Shown here: positions 1 to 9,651 of the stretch, in pieces | Layout: every line of letters begins with the position of its first letter | How positions within the stretch are numbered: the first letter of the stretch is position 1 | The notes under the pieces: generated by a model | What the model was told of the DNA's origin: nothing | Seen by the model: only the letters and a program-made list of their open reading frames with translations | Database searches by the model: none | Program-made: the position numbers and the translations under genes | Origin: Synergistales bacterium | GTDB taxonomy: Bacteria; Synergistota; Synergistia; Synergistales; JAFGMB01 | Assembly (NCBI GenBank): GCA_963666205.1 | Contig: OY762654.1 | Span: forward strand, 1,312,001-1,376,000 | DNA: 64,000 nucleotides | Reading direction: 5' to 3'

Positions 1-37
1 ACCGATCTGCCCCTTCTCACGAATTCAACCTGCATTT

Positions 38-73
38 AAAACCAGACCGGACCGGAGTCCGGTCTGGTTTTTT
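38..73. terminator. Rho-independent terminator (possibly bidirectional) after the racemase gene
   Basis: Perfect inverted repeat AAAACCAGACCGGAC-cgga-GTCCGGTCTGGTTTT next to the stop at 75. Confidence 0.8.
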
Positions 74-74
74 C

Positions 75-1202
75 CTACTTTCCTATGGTAACTCTGCTGC
101 TGACGTATCTATCAAGGACATCATCGAGAATTTCAATACCAAGTCCAGGTCCTTCGGGAGCCTTTACCCTTCCATCAACGATATTGGAACAGTAGTTGGT
201 GATATCTGCGTCAAGGCGAAGGGGAGAAAAGTATGCATGGCCATATTCATAAAGATTTGATACTGTAAGGGCAATATTAAGGGATGCTGCCTGGGTGATA
301 CCTTCCTCTATCATGGAATTGAAGAGGATATCGATTCCCCTGCTCCTTGCAAGTTCTATTATCTGAAGGGAATTCCTGACCCCGCCGTTCTTGCATACCT
401 TTATGCTGAAGACATCCGCAGCTCCAAGCCTTATTACTTCCTGGGCATGCCTGTAGGAAAGAATGCTTTCGTCAACAGACACGGGAACTCCGCATTTCTG
501 ACGGATAGCCGCTATACCTTCGATATTTTCGGCATCGATGGGCTGTTCAAAAAGAACAGGATCAGCTTCCTTTGCAATTCCGATAAACTTCATGGCACCA
601 GCCATATCGTAGCCCTGATTGGCATCCACAATTATCGGATAATCCTTACCAAGAGCATCCCTGACAGCCAGCACTCTGTTACCGTCATGGACCGGGTCAC
701 CACCCACCTTGACCATGATGGAATGGTACTTGCTTTCCCGCACTTTCTCCGCTGCAGCAACGGTTTCTTCAATAGTACCTCCGCCTATGGAACCCATAAT
801 GGGGATATCTTCATAAAGAGCACCGCCAAGGACACGATAAAGAGGCATACCAGCAGCCTTGCCAAGCAGATCATGGCATGCCATATCGATAGCACCCTTT
901 GCCATGTGGTTATCCCGAACCATGGACTCCATTATTTCATTTATCATAAGCACATTGGTTGGATCCTCGCCTATAATGGCTGGCACAAGATCTTCCTTAA
1001 GGACAGCAGCTACGGTTTCAGGAGTCTCACCGGTAAATTTGCCCATGGGATCTGTTTCACCATATCCGCAAAGACCTTCATCGGTATTGATCTTAACGAT
1101 TACCGGTTTTGTATCCCTGAGAAAACCATAACGTCTGGACAGCTTGTAAGGATGTGGCAGAGGAATACATGTTTCGATTATTTCTATGGATGTTATTCGC
1201 AT
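75..1202 (-). CDS. Enolase-superfamily enzyme, MLE subgroup (racemase/epimerase-like)
   Basis: Metal ligands in DANQ, EQP, DES; KVCKNGG; capping domain GYGE...AKGAIDMACHDLLGK; KxK motif reads MVK. Confidence 0.88.
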   Translation of the reverse strand: MRITSIEIIETCIPLPHPYKLSRRYGFLRDTKPVIVKINTDEGLCGYGETDPMGKFTGETPETVAAVLKEDLVPAIIGEDPTNVLMINEIMESMVRDNHMAKGAIDMACHDLLGKAAGMPLYRVLGGALYEDIPIMGSIGGGTIEETVAAAEKVRESKYHSIMVKVGGDPVHDGNRVLAVRDALGKDYPIIVDANQGYDMAGAMKFIGIAKEADPVLFEQPIDAENIEGIAAIRQKCGVPVSVDESILSYRHAQEVIRLGAADVFSIKVCKNGGVRNSLQIIELARSRGIDILFNSMIEEGITQAASLNIALTVSNLYEYGHAYFSPLRLDADITNYCSNIVDGRVKAPEGPGLGIEILDDVLDRYVSSRVTIGK

Positions 1203-1244
1203 ATCAGTTATTCCATCACCTTTCTTATCTGTTTAAAATCCCTG

Positions 1245-2552
1245 TTAGTGTATAAAACCGGCAATTCCGGGAAGGAACATGGAAAGGGGTTCCCAGAATG
1301 TTGTAAGAAGAATTGCCGGAAGGGAACCAAAGAGGATCAGAAGCATGGCAGGTTTCATCATCTTGTCTATGGTGACATTTCCTGTTCTTGCTCCGATATA
1401 GAGGATACCCGCCATGGGAGGAGTCATCATACCCATACCCAGATTGGTGCCCAGAATGGCTGCAAAATGTATGGGATGGATCCCTAACTGCAGGACCACC
1501 GGATACAGCAGAGGTGTAACCATAAGTATTCCGCTGAGCTCATCCATTATCATTCCTATGAATATCAGGAAAAGATTTATGAGGAGGAGCAGTAATACTT
1601 TATTTGACGTAACCCCCAGGAGAACCTCGGCTATCTGCTGAGGAACCCTTTCCATGGTATAGATACGACTGAGAATGGCAGCAAAAAAGGTCATAAGCAT
1701 CATGGTACCCGTTGTGACTGCTGAAGACCTGAGAAGAAACAGCATCTTGCCTATTTTCATTTCCCTGTAGATGACTACGCTCATTACGATGGAATAGAAC
1801 ACGGCGGCAGCAGCAGCCTCAGTGGGAGTCATTATTCCGCCGTAAATTCCGCCAAGGATCATGACCGGCAGAAGAATTGCCCCAAAAGCTGATCTGGTTT
1901 TAGTTCCCACAAGTTTCATCTGTTCATCAAAGGGTTTTTTGGGGAGGACCTCAACAGAGGGCATCTTTCTGACCATGAATACATTGATGATACAGAATAG
2001 CGTGGCAAGGAGCAGACCCGGTCCAATAGTGGCCAGGAAACAGGCTGCTACGGACTGGCCAGTGACAAAGGCATACATTATCATGGCCAGACTTGGAGGT
2101 ATCATAGTGCTGAGAACAGCAGCCGAGCTTATAAGAGCTGCCGAGTATCCCCTGGGATATCCATGCTCCTCCATCTGGGGGATCATTATAGTTCCAATAG
2201 CGATTACTGAAGAAGCCGCAGCCCCGGATATGGCACCAAAAACGCAGGAGACGACAACTGCTACGACTCCCAGTCCGCCTGTCATTCTGCCCACCATAAC
2301 ATTGACGAGATCTATCAGCCTCCGGGCGATACTTCCTCCAGTTACGATGTAACCCGTTGCGATAAAAAAGGGAAGGCTAAGCAGGGTAACAGAGTTCATC
2401 TTTGCAAAACCCACCGGCAGAAGGAAGGAGGGATCTATCCCTTTAGTTATTGTAAGGAAAATAGTGGATACCAGGAAACCGAAGGGAATAGGAACTCCAC
2501 TGAAAATAAGGACTGTAAATATGACAAGGGAGGCAAGGATTATTAAATCCAT
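1245..2552 (-). CDS. dctM: TRAP transporter large permease
   Basis: 435 aa polytopic; FGAISG, MIPPS, TPTEAAA, TPPMA motifs. Confidence 0.93.
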   Translation of the reverse strand: MDLIILASLVIFTVLIFSGVPIPFGFLVSTIFLTITKGIDPSFLLPVGFAKMNSVTLLSLPFFIATGYIVTGGSIARRLIDLVNVMVGRMTGGLGVVAVVVSCVFGAISGAAASSVIAIGTIMIPQMEEHGYPRGYSAALISSAAVLSTMIPPSLAMIMYAFVTGQSVAACFLATIGPGLLLATLFCIINVFMVRKMPSVEVLPKKPFDEQMKLVGTKTRSAFGAILLPVMILGGIYGGIMTPTEAAAAAVFYSIVMSVVIYREMKIGKMLFLLRSSAVTTGTMMLMTFFAAILSRIYTMERVPQQIAEVLLGVTSNKVLLLLLINLFLIFIGMIMDELSGILMVTPLLYPVVLQLGIHPIHFAAILGTNLGMGMMTPPMAGILYIGARTGNVTIDKMMKPAMLLILFGSLPAILLTTFWEPLSMFLPGIAGFIH

Positions 2553-3103
2553 GATTCAGCTTCCTTTCTTGCGGACAGCATTTCTTCGGGAATCGGTGAT
2601 TTCTTGAGAACAAGTCGCAGCCACTGGATAAATTCAACCAGGAAATAGAGACACATAAGGCAGAGACCTATCAGAATGCTTACCTGGAAAAAAACGACGG
2701 GATATGTATTTCCAAGCAGGGTCGATCTGGACTGTTCGCCACGGACAACTCCCCAGACCAGGTAATCATATGCCCATGGGAGAATATAGGCAGAAGCCGC
2801 AAAGGATATGAAACTGGTAGCAGCCCTGCACCTTGCATAGTTCAGGGAATTTCCAAAAACCAGGTGTGTCAGTTCGGCCTTTATATGGCTTCGTTCGTAT
2901 GCGCCATAGGAAGCTCCGATAAAATACATCCAGAAAGCAACATATGCGGCCAGTTCCTCAATCCCTACGAAGGACGTTTTGAAAAAATACCTCAGAATAA
3001 CCTCGGTAAAAACAGCTGTAGTGGATATGCAGACTGCCAGGATCATGATAATCCGCTGTATTTTCAGAAGAGCTACCCAGACAAAGTCAACAAATTTTTT
3101 CAA
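2543..3103 (-). CDS. dctQ: TRAP transporter small permease
   Basis: About 4 TM, EELAAY..W..FIGA..SHI; start moved to TTG 3103 behind GAGGTG RBS (ORF track says 3175). Confidence 0.85.
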   Translation of the reverse strand: MKKFVDFVWVALLKIQRIIMILAVCISTTAVFTEVILRYFFKTSFVGIEELAAYVAFWMYFIGASYGAYERSHIKAELTHLVFGNSLNYARCRAATSFISFAASAYILPWAYDYLVWGVVRGEQSRSTLLGNTYPVVFFQVSILIGLCLMCLYFLVEFIQWLRLVLKKSPIPEEMLSARKEAESWI

Positions 3104-3283
3104 TGTAACACCTCTTTCACCCGTACCGGTCAACAGTATGTTCTCTGGTCTCTCTGACCCGAATCCAGTCATCAAGTCTAATTATCAGAACATAAAAAAA
3201 TGGGGGTTAATGACGGGAATTGGACCTGAACAAGGGTGCCGACCCATAAAAGGAGGGCACCCCGGTTTATAGAAACATTATCT

Positions 3284-4306
3284 CTAGAGAAGCCCTGCGT
3301 GCTTTCTCATGACATCCATGATATCCTTACCGATCACCTTATCCATGGCAGGCCATACATTCTGCCGGACCTTTTTGGCGATCACAGCAAGCTGCTCGTC
3401 TGTAGGCATAATAACCTTGATGCCTGCCCCTGCAAGGGATTCACGGTATTTCTCATCTTCTGCCATGGCCGAGGTAAAGCTCTCGTCACCATATTTTGAA
3501 CATACTTCCTGAACGATCTTCTGCTGCTCGGGAGTGAGTTTCTCCCAGGCTTTCTTGTTCATATATGCAAAGGAATTCTGGAAATGGGTATTATACTGAA
3601 CCCATACCTTTGTAACATCCCTGAATGAGGACCACGTATTGAAGGGCTGTCCTCCGATCTGGCAGTCAACAAGCTTGGTCTGCTGGGCAATATACAGTTC
3701 ACCCCATGGCACAGGAGTGGGATTGAAACCAAGGGCAAGAACGAGGTTTTCCCAGGCCTGGTTGCCGGGGGGGAAACGCATTTTATAGCCCTGTTTGTCT
3801 GCATCGGGATCAAGGACATCGAACTCGGGAACAGAAGCGAATCCGCCTCCTCCAAAACCGGCCGCGACCACTGAAAGAGCCTTAAGGCCGATCCCGTCCA
3901 TAGCATCTGCCATAATATTGAAGAGGTAAGGGTCATCGCCAAGATAGGCTTCCTTTGCCTCTTTCCAGTTCATAACGGAGTAAGGAAGCACCCTGACCTG
4001 AAGTCTTGCGTCATATGAGGGAGAGACAGGGAGAATACCGATATCAACAGCCCCACGCATGATCTGTTCGGAAACTTCCATCCAGTCTCCCAGCTGATTT
4101 GCGGGATAAACGGTTATCTGGATAGTCCCATTGGTCTTTGTTTCGATCTCTTCTTTCATAGCAGAAGTCATCTTGTCAACCAGAGAATCGACAGGCTGAT
4201 AATGTGCCCATTTCCATTTAACGACCTTTTCACCTGCTATTGCACCTGCACATCCGAGAGACAGGATCAGACCTGCAACTACAAGCAGCAATACCATTTT
4301 CTTCAT
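3284..4306 (-). CDS. dctP: TRAP substrate-binding protein
   Basis: Signal peptide, YPANQLG, KMR conserved Arg, PWGELY; GGAGG RBS. Confidence 0.92.
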   Translation of the reverse strand: MKKMVLLLVVAGLILSLGCAGAIAGEKVVKWKWAHYQPVDSLVDKMTSAMKEEIETKTNGTIQITVYPANQLGDWMEVSEQIMRGAVDIGILPVSPSYDARLQVRVLPYSVMNWKEAKEAYLGDDPYLFNIMADAMDGIGLKALSVVAAGFGGGGFASVPEFDVLDPDADKQGYKMRFPPGNQAWENLVLALGFNPTPVPWGELYIAQQTKLVDCQIGGQPFNTWSSFRDVTKVWVQYNTHFQNSFAYMNKKAWEKLTPEQQKIVQEVCSKYGDESFTSAMAEDEKYRESLAGAGIKVIMPTDEQLAVIAKKVRQNVWPAMDKVIGKDIMDVMRKHAGLL

Positions 4307-4462
4307 CGAATATACCTCCTTCAGAAATATTATTGAACAACAAATCCCTGTATCTTGCCGACTCTACCCCTATCTTCCCTCCCCTGCTGCCAGATGACAT
4401 AAACAACTCATTATTCTCTGTATAATGGATCAACACCATGGCTAAGCTGAATTCTGCTGATC

Positions 4463-4547
4463 CGTACACATGTATATATGTATTACTGTATAGCTGTAGG
4501 ACATATAAACTAATACATAAAATATTATATTTAGAAAACTATGTCAA
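4463..4547 (-). promoter_or_regulatory. Putative sigma70 promoter with downstream TGTAT repeat operator for the first TRAP operon
   Basis: Minus strand TTGACA (4547-4542)-N17-TATTTT; plus strand TGTAT/TGTAG at 4471, 4479, 4487, 4495 (8-bp period). Confidence 0.55.
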
Positions 4548-4603
4548 GGGGACGGCATGATGGAATTTCGCTTTGTACAAGTTTATCCTCTCTATAATTT
4601 ATC

Positions 4604-4642
4604 GCAGAAAAAGGGATGGCCAACGTCCATCCCTTTTTCTGC
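4604..4642. terminator. Rho-independent terminator ending the TTT/aldolase operon
   Basis: 16-bp perfect stem GCAGAAAAAGGGATGG / CCATCCCTTTTTCTGC. Confidence 0.8.
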
Positions 4643-4683
4643 ATCATAAATTCCCCGCTTTATTCTTTTCTATTATGCTGATA

Positions 4684-5583
4684 CTACAGGAGCTCCATTT
4701 CCTTCAGTGCTCCGGAAACGACGCTTTTAACTTCCTCGCTGATCTCAATATAAGGACTCCTTGAATAACCGGCGTCGATACCCTTCTCCCTCAGGATGTA
4801 ATGCATGATAGGTACGGTAGGTCCGCTCTTTGTGACCTGTCTTATCTTGAGGATGATACGCTGGGTCTCCATTGCCCCTTCTTTATCACCAGAGATGAAC
4901 TGATCGTACATCTTCCTCATTATCTCGGGAAATATATTGCCCATTCCACATACTGTACCGGTGGCTCCGGCCTCAAAGGCACCCATAAAAATAGCTTCAG
5001 TTCCTACTATGACCTGAAAATCCGGATAATTCTTCACAGCTTCCTGGTAGAAGAAGAAATTTACGAGGTCAAAGGAACTGTCCTTTACACCCCTTAGCCC
5101 TTCCTCTGCAAGACGTTTCAGAAGCTTTGGCGATACAAAGTTCTGGGAAAGGTTCTGGTTATTATATACAAAGAAAGGAAAATCCTCTTCGTTGATCGCA
5201 TCCATTATGGACTTGAAATGAGCGTAAAGTGCTTCATCTGAAAGACGGGGAGAATAGTACGGGGAAACTGCTCCTGTACCGGAGGCACCAGCAGATCTTG
5301 CATGCTGTCCCAGTTCGATCACAGACCTGGTATCAGCACATCCCACGTGGGCGACAACAGGTATAGCCCCTGCCACTTCATCAAGAATTATTTCCAGGAC
5401 CCTCTTTCTTTCAGGGAGGGTCATCAGGGGACCGCACCCATATGTACCTACGGGATAAAGTCCGTGGACATGGGGAAGCACATATCTGATTATCTCCCTT
5501 ATCCCTTTCTCATATATCTCTCCTTCTCTGGTGAATGACGAAAGAAGAGGAGGAATTACACCCAGATACTCTTTTGCTTTCAT
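4684..5583 (-). CDS. DHDPS/N-acetylneuraminate lyase family class I aldolase
   Basis: GTYG, SPYY, YNN, Schiff-base Lys in GVKDSS; start at ATG 5583 behind GGAGGTG. Confidence 0.88.
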   Translation of the reverse strand: MKAKEYLGVIPPLLSSFTREGEIYEKGIREIIRYVLPHVHGLYPVGTYGCGPLMTLPERKRVLEIILDEVAGAIPVVAHVGCADTRSVIELGQHARSAGASGTGAVSPYYSPRLSDEALYAHFKSIMDAINEEDFPFFVYNNQNLSQNFVSPKLLKRLAEEGLRGVKDSSFDLVNFFFYQEAVKNYPDFQVIVGTEAIFMGAFEAGATGTVCGMGNIFPEIMRKMYDQFISGDKEGAMETQRIILKIRQVTKSGPTVPIMHYILREKGIDAGYSRSPYIEISEEVKSVVSGALKEMELL

Positions 5584-5657
5584 GATAAAAAACACCTCCG
5601 CACATATTTGTGTATTGAAAAACCTGATAGATCTGTTTGAGAATTACTGGAAGATCT

Positions 5658-6683
5658 TCATACAAGAAGACCTGCCTGTTGTGCAATAACCAGGGTTCCC
5701 CTGATGTTGAACATATCGATCTCTTCAGACTCGGTTATGGAAGAGATATCTTCAGTAAAACCCATTTTCTCCTTTAAAAGATAACTATAGATCCTGCACC
5801 TTTCTTCCTGACCCATAAGGATAATATTTGTTTTTATGGGAAAACCCATCAGTTCAAAAGCATTCATAGCCTCCAGATCTTCGGTGGCAATGGCACTTTG
5901 AAGAAAGAGCTGCCTTTGAAAAGGTTCCGTATCCAGGAGGGTATCAAGAAATCGGGGCATAAGAAGACTTCTCACCAGACCTGTTCTGCGAACCTGTTCG
6001 TAGGCACAGTCAACAACCTGCATATCCATGGGGAAACCCTCGGTACTTCCCTCTACCCTGACCGATTTACCTATACTGGTTTCCTTTACTATTGCTGCGT
6101 AAAGCTGCCCTGAAAGAGTTGTTACCGAACCCTGAATGGCCTTGTTTTTATCAATACTGATAAACTTTGTATGGGATGAAAGGACGGCCACCGTCAGGGG
6201 AAAAGATGCTATATCCATGGCAATGAGACCCGCCATCTGGGTTTCCTCTCCTCTCATGAAATCGAGCAGAGCTACATCGCTGAGTTTCGCATTTCCCTTT
6301 TTATACCTGTTCTTCACACCTGGAATAAAGTAAATGGGAAGGTCGATGGAGAAGATTTCCGGATCAGAAACCTTCTGAAGATTGCAGGCAAGGTCATCTA
6401 CTGTAACCGGAGCCCAGAGATGGGGAACTTCCAGAAGTCCCAGTTCAGACGTTATCATTCCTGCAGAAATAACAAAGGATATATCCCTTTGATCCAGTCC
6501 TGCCGCTTCAACTGCCTCGTAAAAAGCACATTCAAGGTTCGTTTTAAGATAATCATTGCTGCCATGAATACTTGTATCCCTCACCCCTGCCGATCTGAAG
6601 GTTTTTCCCAGCAGAACCCCCTTTTCATTAAGTATGTATACCCTTGAGTTAGTGGAACCGCAATCTATTGAAGCAAAATACAT
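5658..6683 (-). CDS. dgoK: 2-dehydro-3-deoxygalactonokinase family
   Basis: IDCGSTNSR, GMITSELGL.EVPH, DFMRGEETQ, SHTK motifs. Confidence 0.88.
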   Translation of the reverse strand: MYFASIDCGSTNSRVYILNEKGVLLGKTFRSAGVRDTSIHGSNDYLKTNLECAFYEAVEAAGLDQRDISFVISAGMITSELGLLEVPHLWAPVTVDDLACNLQKVSDPEIFSIDLPIYFIPGVKNRYKKGNAKLSDVALLDFMRGEETQMAGLIAMDIASFPLTVAVLSSHTKFISIDKNKAIQGSVTTLSGQLYAAIVKETSIGKSVRVEGSTEGFPMDMQVVDCAYEQVRRTGLVRSLLMPRFLDTLLDTEPFQRQLFLQSAIATEDLEAMNAFELMGFPIKTNIILMGQEERCRIYSYLLKEKMGFTEDISSITESEEIDMFNIRGTLVIAQQAGLLV

Positions 6684-6684
6684 C

Positions 6685-7572
6685 CTAGACCATTCCCAGT
6701 GCCTGAAGTTCTTTTCGAATGCTGTCTATCTCTTCCTTTTCTGCAGGGACAAAGGGAGACCTGGGATAGGCTTTAATGACCCCTCTTATCTCAAGCATTG
6801 CATATACAGCAAGCTGGGTGGATTTTGCGAGATACATGATCTCTCTTATCCGGTTAACCTTGAACTGGGTCTGTCTGCACTCTTCCTGTTTCCCTTCAAT
6901 ACCTTCCAGATACATCTTTCTGCAGATCTCCGGAAAGGCATTACCAAGGCCCGGGATAAAGGATCTGCATCCAAGGGCACATGCAGCAGTCCATAATGCT
7001 TCAGTTCCAAGGGCCACATCAAATGTTTCATCAGCAAGTTCCCTCATATAAGTAGCCAGTTTCAGCAGGTCAAAGGTAGCATCCTTGATGCCATGAATTC
7101 CCAGACCCTTTAGTTTCTTCAAGGTATCAATGTTGATCTCGTAACCCGAAAATTTAACATTGTGATAGATATAGAAAGGGATCTGTCTTTCAAGGGCTAT
7201 CAGGATCTTTGAATAATATTCCATAACATTTTCCTGGTTATGGTGGTAGTAATAGGGACCTACCGCAGCTACAGCATCACAACCCAGGGAAAGAGCATGG
7301 AGACCCAGTTCGATGCTGTCTCTTGTATTCGTGGTACCGATATGTACTATTACGGGAATATCTTTACCTACCGCTTCATGGGTTATCTCGGCAACCAGTT
7401 TTCTTTCCGAAAGGGACATCATGGGACCTGATCCATAGGAACCGCAGATGAAAAGACCATCTACCCTTGTTTTGAGAAAATCCAGCAGTCGAACCAGATT
7501 TTCAGTATCCACTTCACCATCTGCGGCAAATGGTGTGATCATGGGAGGGACGATGCCCTTCATTTTGAACAT
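6685..7572 (-). CDS. DHDPS/N-acetylneuraminate lyase family class I aldolase (second paralog)
   Basis: GIVPPMITPF, GSYG, PYYY, GIKDAT. Confidence 0.9.
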   Translation of the reverse strand: MFKMKGIVPPMITPFAADGEVDTENLVRLLDFLKTRVDGLFICGSYGSGPMMSLSERKLVAEITHEAVGKDIPVIVHIGTTNTRDSIELGLHALSLGCDAVAAVGPYYYHHNQENVMEYYSKILIALERQIPFYIYHNVKFSGYEINIDTLKKLKGLGIHGIKDATFDLLKLATYMRELADETFDVALGTEALWTAACALGCRSFIPGLGNAFPEICRKMYLEGIEGKQEECRQTQFKVNRIREIMYLAKSTQLAVYAMLEIRGVIKAYPRSPFVPAEKEEIDSIRKELQALGMV

Positions 7573-7611
7573 TATCTGAATTCCTCCTTTATGTTCCTGT
7601 AAAAGATTTTA

Positions 7612-9105
7612 TTACTGCCCGTTCTGATCATTGTTCTGGAAGAAGACTTTGAAAATTCCTCCGATCCTGCTCCCGAAGAAAGTAAATATTATAAGTGCTA
7701 TCAGGCCCATGCTTATGGGGTCGGTCAGAAAGGGAGTAAAACTTCCTGCAGTTTTAATAAGTCCGACCCTCAGGTTATCTTCTATCATGGGACCAAGGAT
7801 TATCCCCAGGATCATTGGCGGCAGGGGGATCTTTATCTTTTCAAAAGAATATCCGACAACCCCGAAGGCGATCATTATATATATATCAAAAAGACTGTTC
7901 CTTATGGCAAAGGATCCGACTATAGAAAAGACAAGAACTATTACCATGATGATATTTCTGGGTAATCTCAGGATCGTGCCATATATCCTGATACCAATGA
8001 GACCCACAGGAATAAGAAAGAGCTGCGAAAACAGGGCTATCATAAAAATACCCTTTACAAGATCTGCATTCTGCTGGAATATCAGTGGTCCGGGACGGAG
8101 TCCGTACATCATCATGGCTCCCAGGACAATGGCCGTTATTGAATCACCGGGTACACCAAAAACAAGGGCAGGGATCCATGTCCCTCCTAAAGCTGCATTA
8201 TTGGCACTGGTAGGAGCTATTACGCCTTCAAAACAGCCCTTTCCAAATTCCTCGGGATGGGAAGAGGTCTTTTTTTCCAGGCCGTAAGCAACCCATGCTG
8301 CTATATCAGCTCCCGCTCCCGGAAGAGCTCCAACACAGGTCCCGATAAGGGCGGCCCTGATAAGGGTCCATTTTCGCTTGAATATAATGCCGAACGTTTC
8401 AGATGCAGAAACTTTAAGTTTATCCTCAATGCTTGTAGCAAGAAGTCTTTCCCTGCTGCGGACGTTTTTCAGAACTTCAGAGATACCGAAAAGGCCTACC
8501 ATGGCCGGAATAAAGCCGATACCTCCCATAAGCTCTGTACAACCGAAGGCAAATCTCGGATATCCGGTAGTAATGTCAATACCTACAGTTGATACGAGGA
8601 GCCCAAGAAGAGCTGAAACGAGACCTCTGGTCATGTTCCCGCTGCTCAGGACTGAACTCATGCTAAGGCCGAATACACCAAGCCAGAAATATTGGAAACT
8701 GCTGAATTTAAGCGCAAATCTCGCCAGTGGAGGAGCTATAAGGATCAATACCAGGACCCCGATAAGACCCCCAATAACAGAACAGAAAAGATCAATAGTG
8801 AGGGCGAGGGAACCCTTGCCCTGTTTCGTAAGTTCATAACCATCAAGCACTGCAGCCCCCGAGGCCGGAGTCCCTGGGATCCTCAGGAATGTCGCCGGAA
8901 TATCTCCCGTAAATATGGATGTAAAAGAAACACCCAGTATCATCGCCAGACCTGCAAGGGGATCGAGGTAATAGCTTATTGGAACTATGAGAGCCACTGC
9001 CATCGTGGCAGTCAGGCCCGGGGTCCCTCCTACCAGTATTCCGAATCCCATGGATAGTATCCAGGGTACAAGTATTTTAAGCTGAAAAATAGTCAGGATC
9101 GTCAT
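7612..9105 (-). CDS. tctA: Tripartite tricarboxylate transporter permease
   Basis: PGLTATMAVAL, RIPGTPAS, SANNA, GVPGD, GLRPGP. Confidence 0.93.
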   Translation of the reverse strand: MTILTIFQLKILVPWILSMGFGILVGGTPGLTATMAVALIVPISYYLDPLAGLAMILGVSFTSIFTGDIPATFLRIPGTPASGAAVLDGYELTKQGKGSLALTIDLFCSVIGGLIGVLVLILIAPPLARFALKFSSFQYFWLGVFGLSMSSVLSSGNMTRGLVSALLGLLVSTVGIDITTGYPRFAFGCTELMGGIGFIPAMVGLFGISEVLKNVRSRERLLATSIEDKLKVSASETFGIIFKRKWTLIRAALIGTCVGALPGAGADIAAWVAYGLEKKTSSHPEEFGKGCFEGVIAPTSANNAALGGTWIPALVFGVPGDSITAIVLGAMMMYGLRPGPLIFQQNADLVKGIFMIALFSQLFLIPVGLIGIRIYGTILRLPRNIIMVIVLVFSIVGSFAIRNSLFDIYIMIAFGVVGYSFEKIKIPLPPMILGIILGPMIEDNLRVGLIKTAGSFTPFLTDPISMGLIALIIFTFFGSRIGGIFKVFFQNNDQNGQ

Positions 9106-9117
9106 AAACAGGTTCTC

Positions 9118-9597
9118 CTATAATGAAATATCCAGGAAGCCTTGAGGCAGCTGGATCCGAAATAGCTTTACAAACAGGACCATTATCAGAAAGACAACTA
9201 TCGCAGATACAACTGTTCCCTTTATCCAGCCTGTTTTCATTCTGATCATCAGAAGGGACGAAAAGAGGAAAGTCGTTATGATATACCCCATTTTTTCCAG
9301 AAGAATCACGTACAGGAAAAGACTCCCTATGATGATCAGTACATTCTGGTTTCCCCAGTCCTTCAGATAATCAGACAAGGATGATCTTTCAGACACTTTT
9401 CGTGCACGCAGAGCAAGCAGTATTTCGTAAAACCCTGTCACTATAAGCCCATAACTGAGAAGAGTCGGGAAAAAACCCGGACCAGCGAGTTTTTTTCCAG
9501 ACATTATAAAGGGAGGAAATGTTCTGGATTGATAGATCACAGATATAGCTATTATTACCAGTAAAATTCCAAAAAGCAGACTTGTTTTCTTCTTCAT
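9118..9597 (-). CDS. tctB: Tripartite tricarboxylate transporter small subunit
   Basis: GPGFFP, C-terminal LPQG, 4-5 TM; start at ATG 9597 (upstream extension is a hairpin). Confidence 0.85.
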   Translation of the reverse strand: MKKKTSLLFGILLVIIAISVIYQSRTFPPFIMSGKKLAGPGFFPTLLSYGLIVTGFYEILLALRARKVSERSSLSDYLKDWGNQNVLIIIGSLFLYVILLEKMGYIITTFLFSSLLMIRMKTGWIKGTVVSAIVVFLIMVLFVKLFRIQLPQGFLDISL

Positions 9598-9651
9598 GTC
9601 AGACTCCCGGTATCCCGCCCCCCATAAAGAGGGGGGCGGGATCATCTCATA

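Noticed and set aside
447-1487. 346-aa plus-strand ORF
   Set aside because: Antisense shadow of the racemase and dctM genes; no motifs
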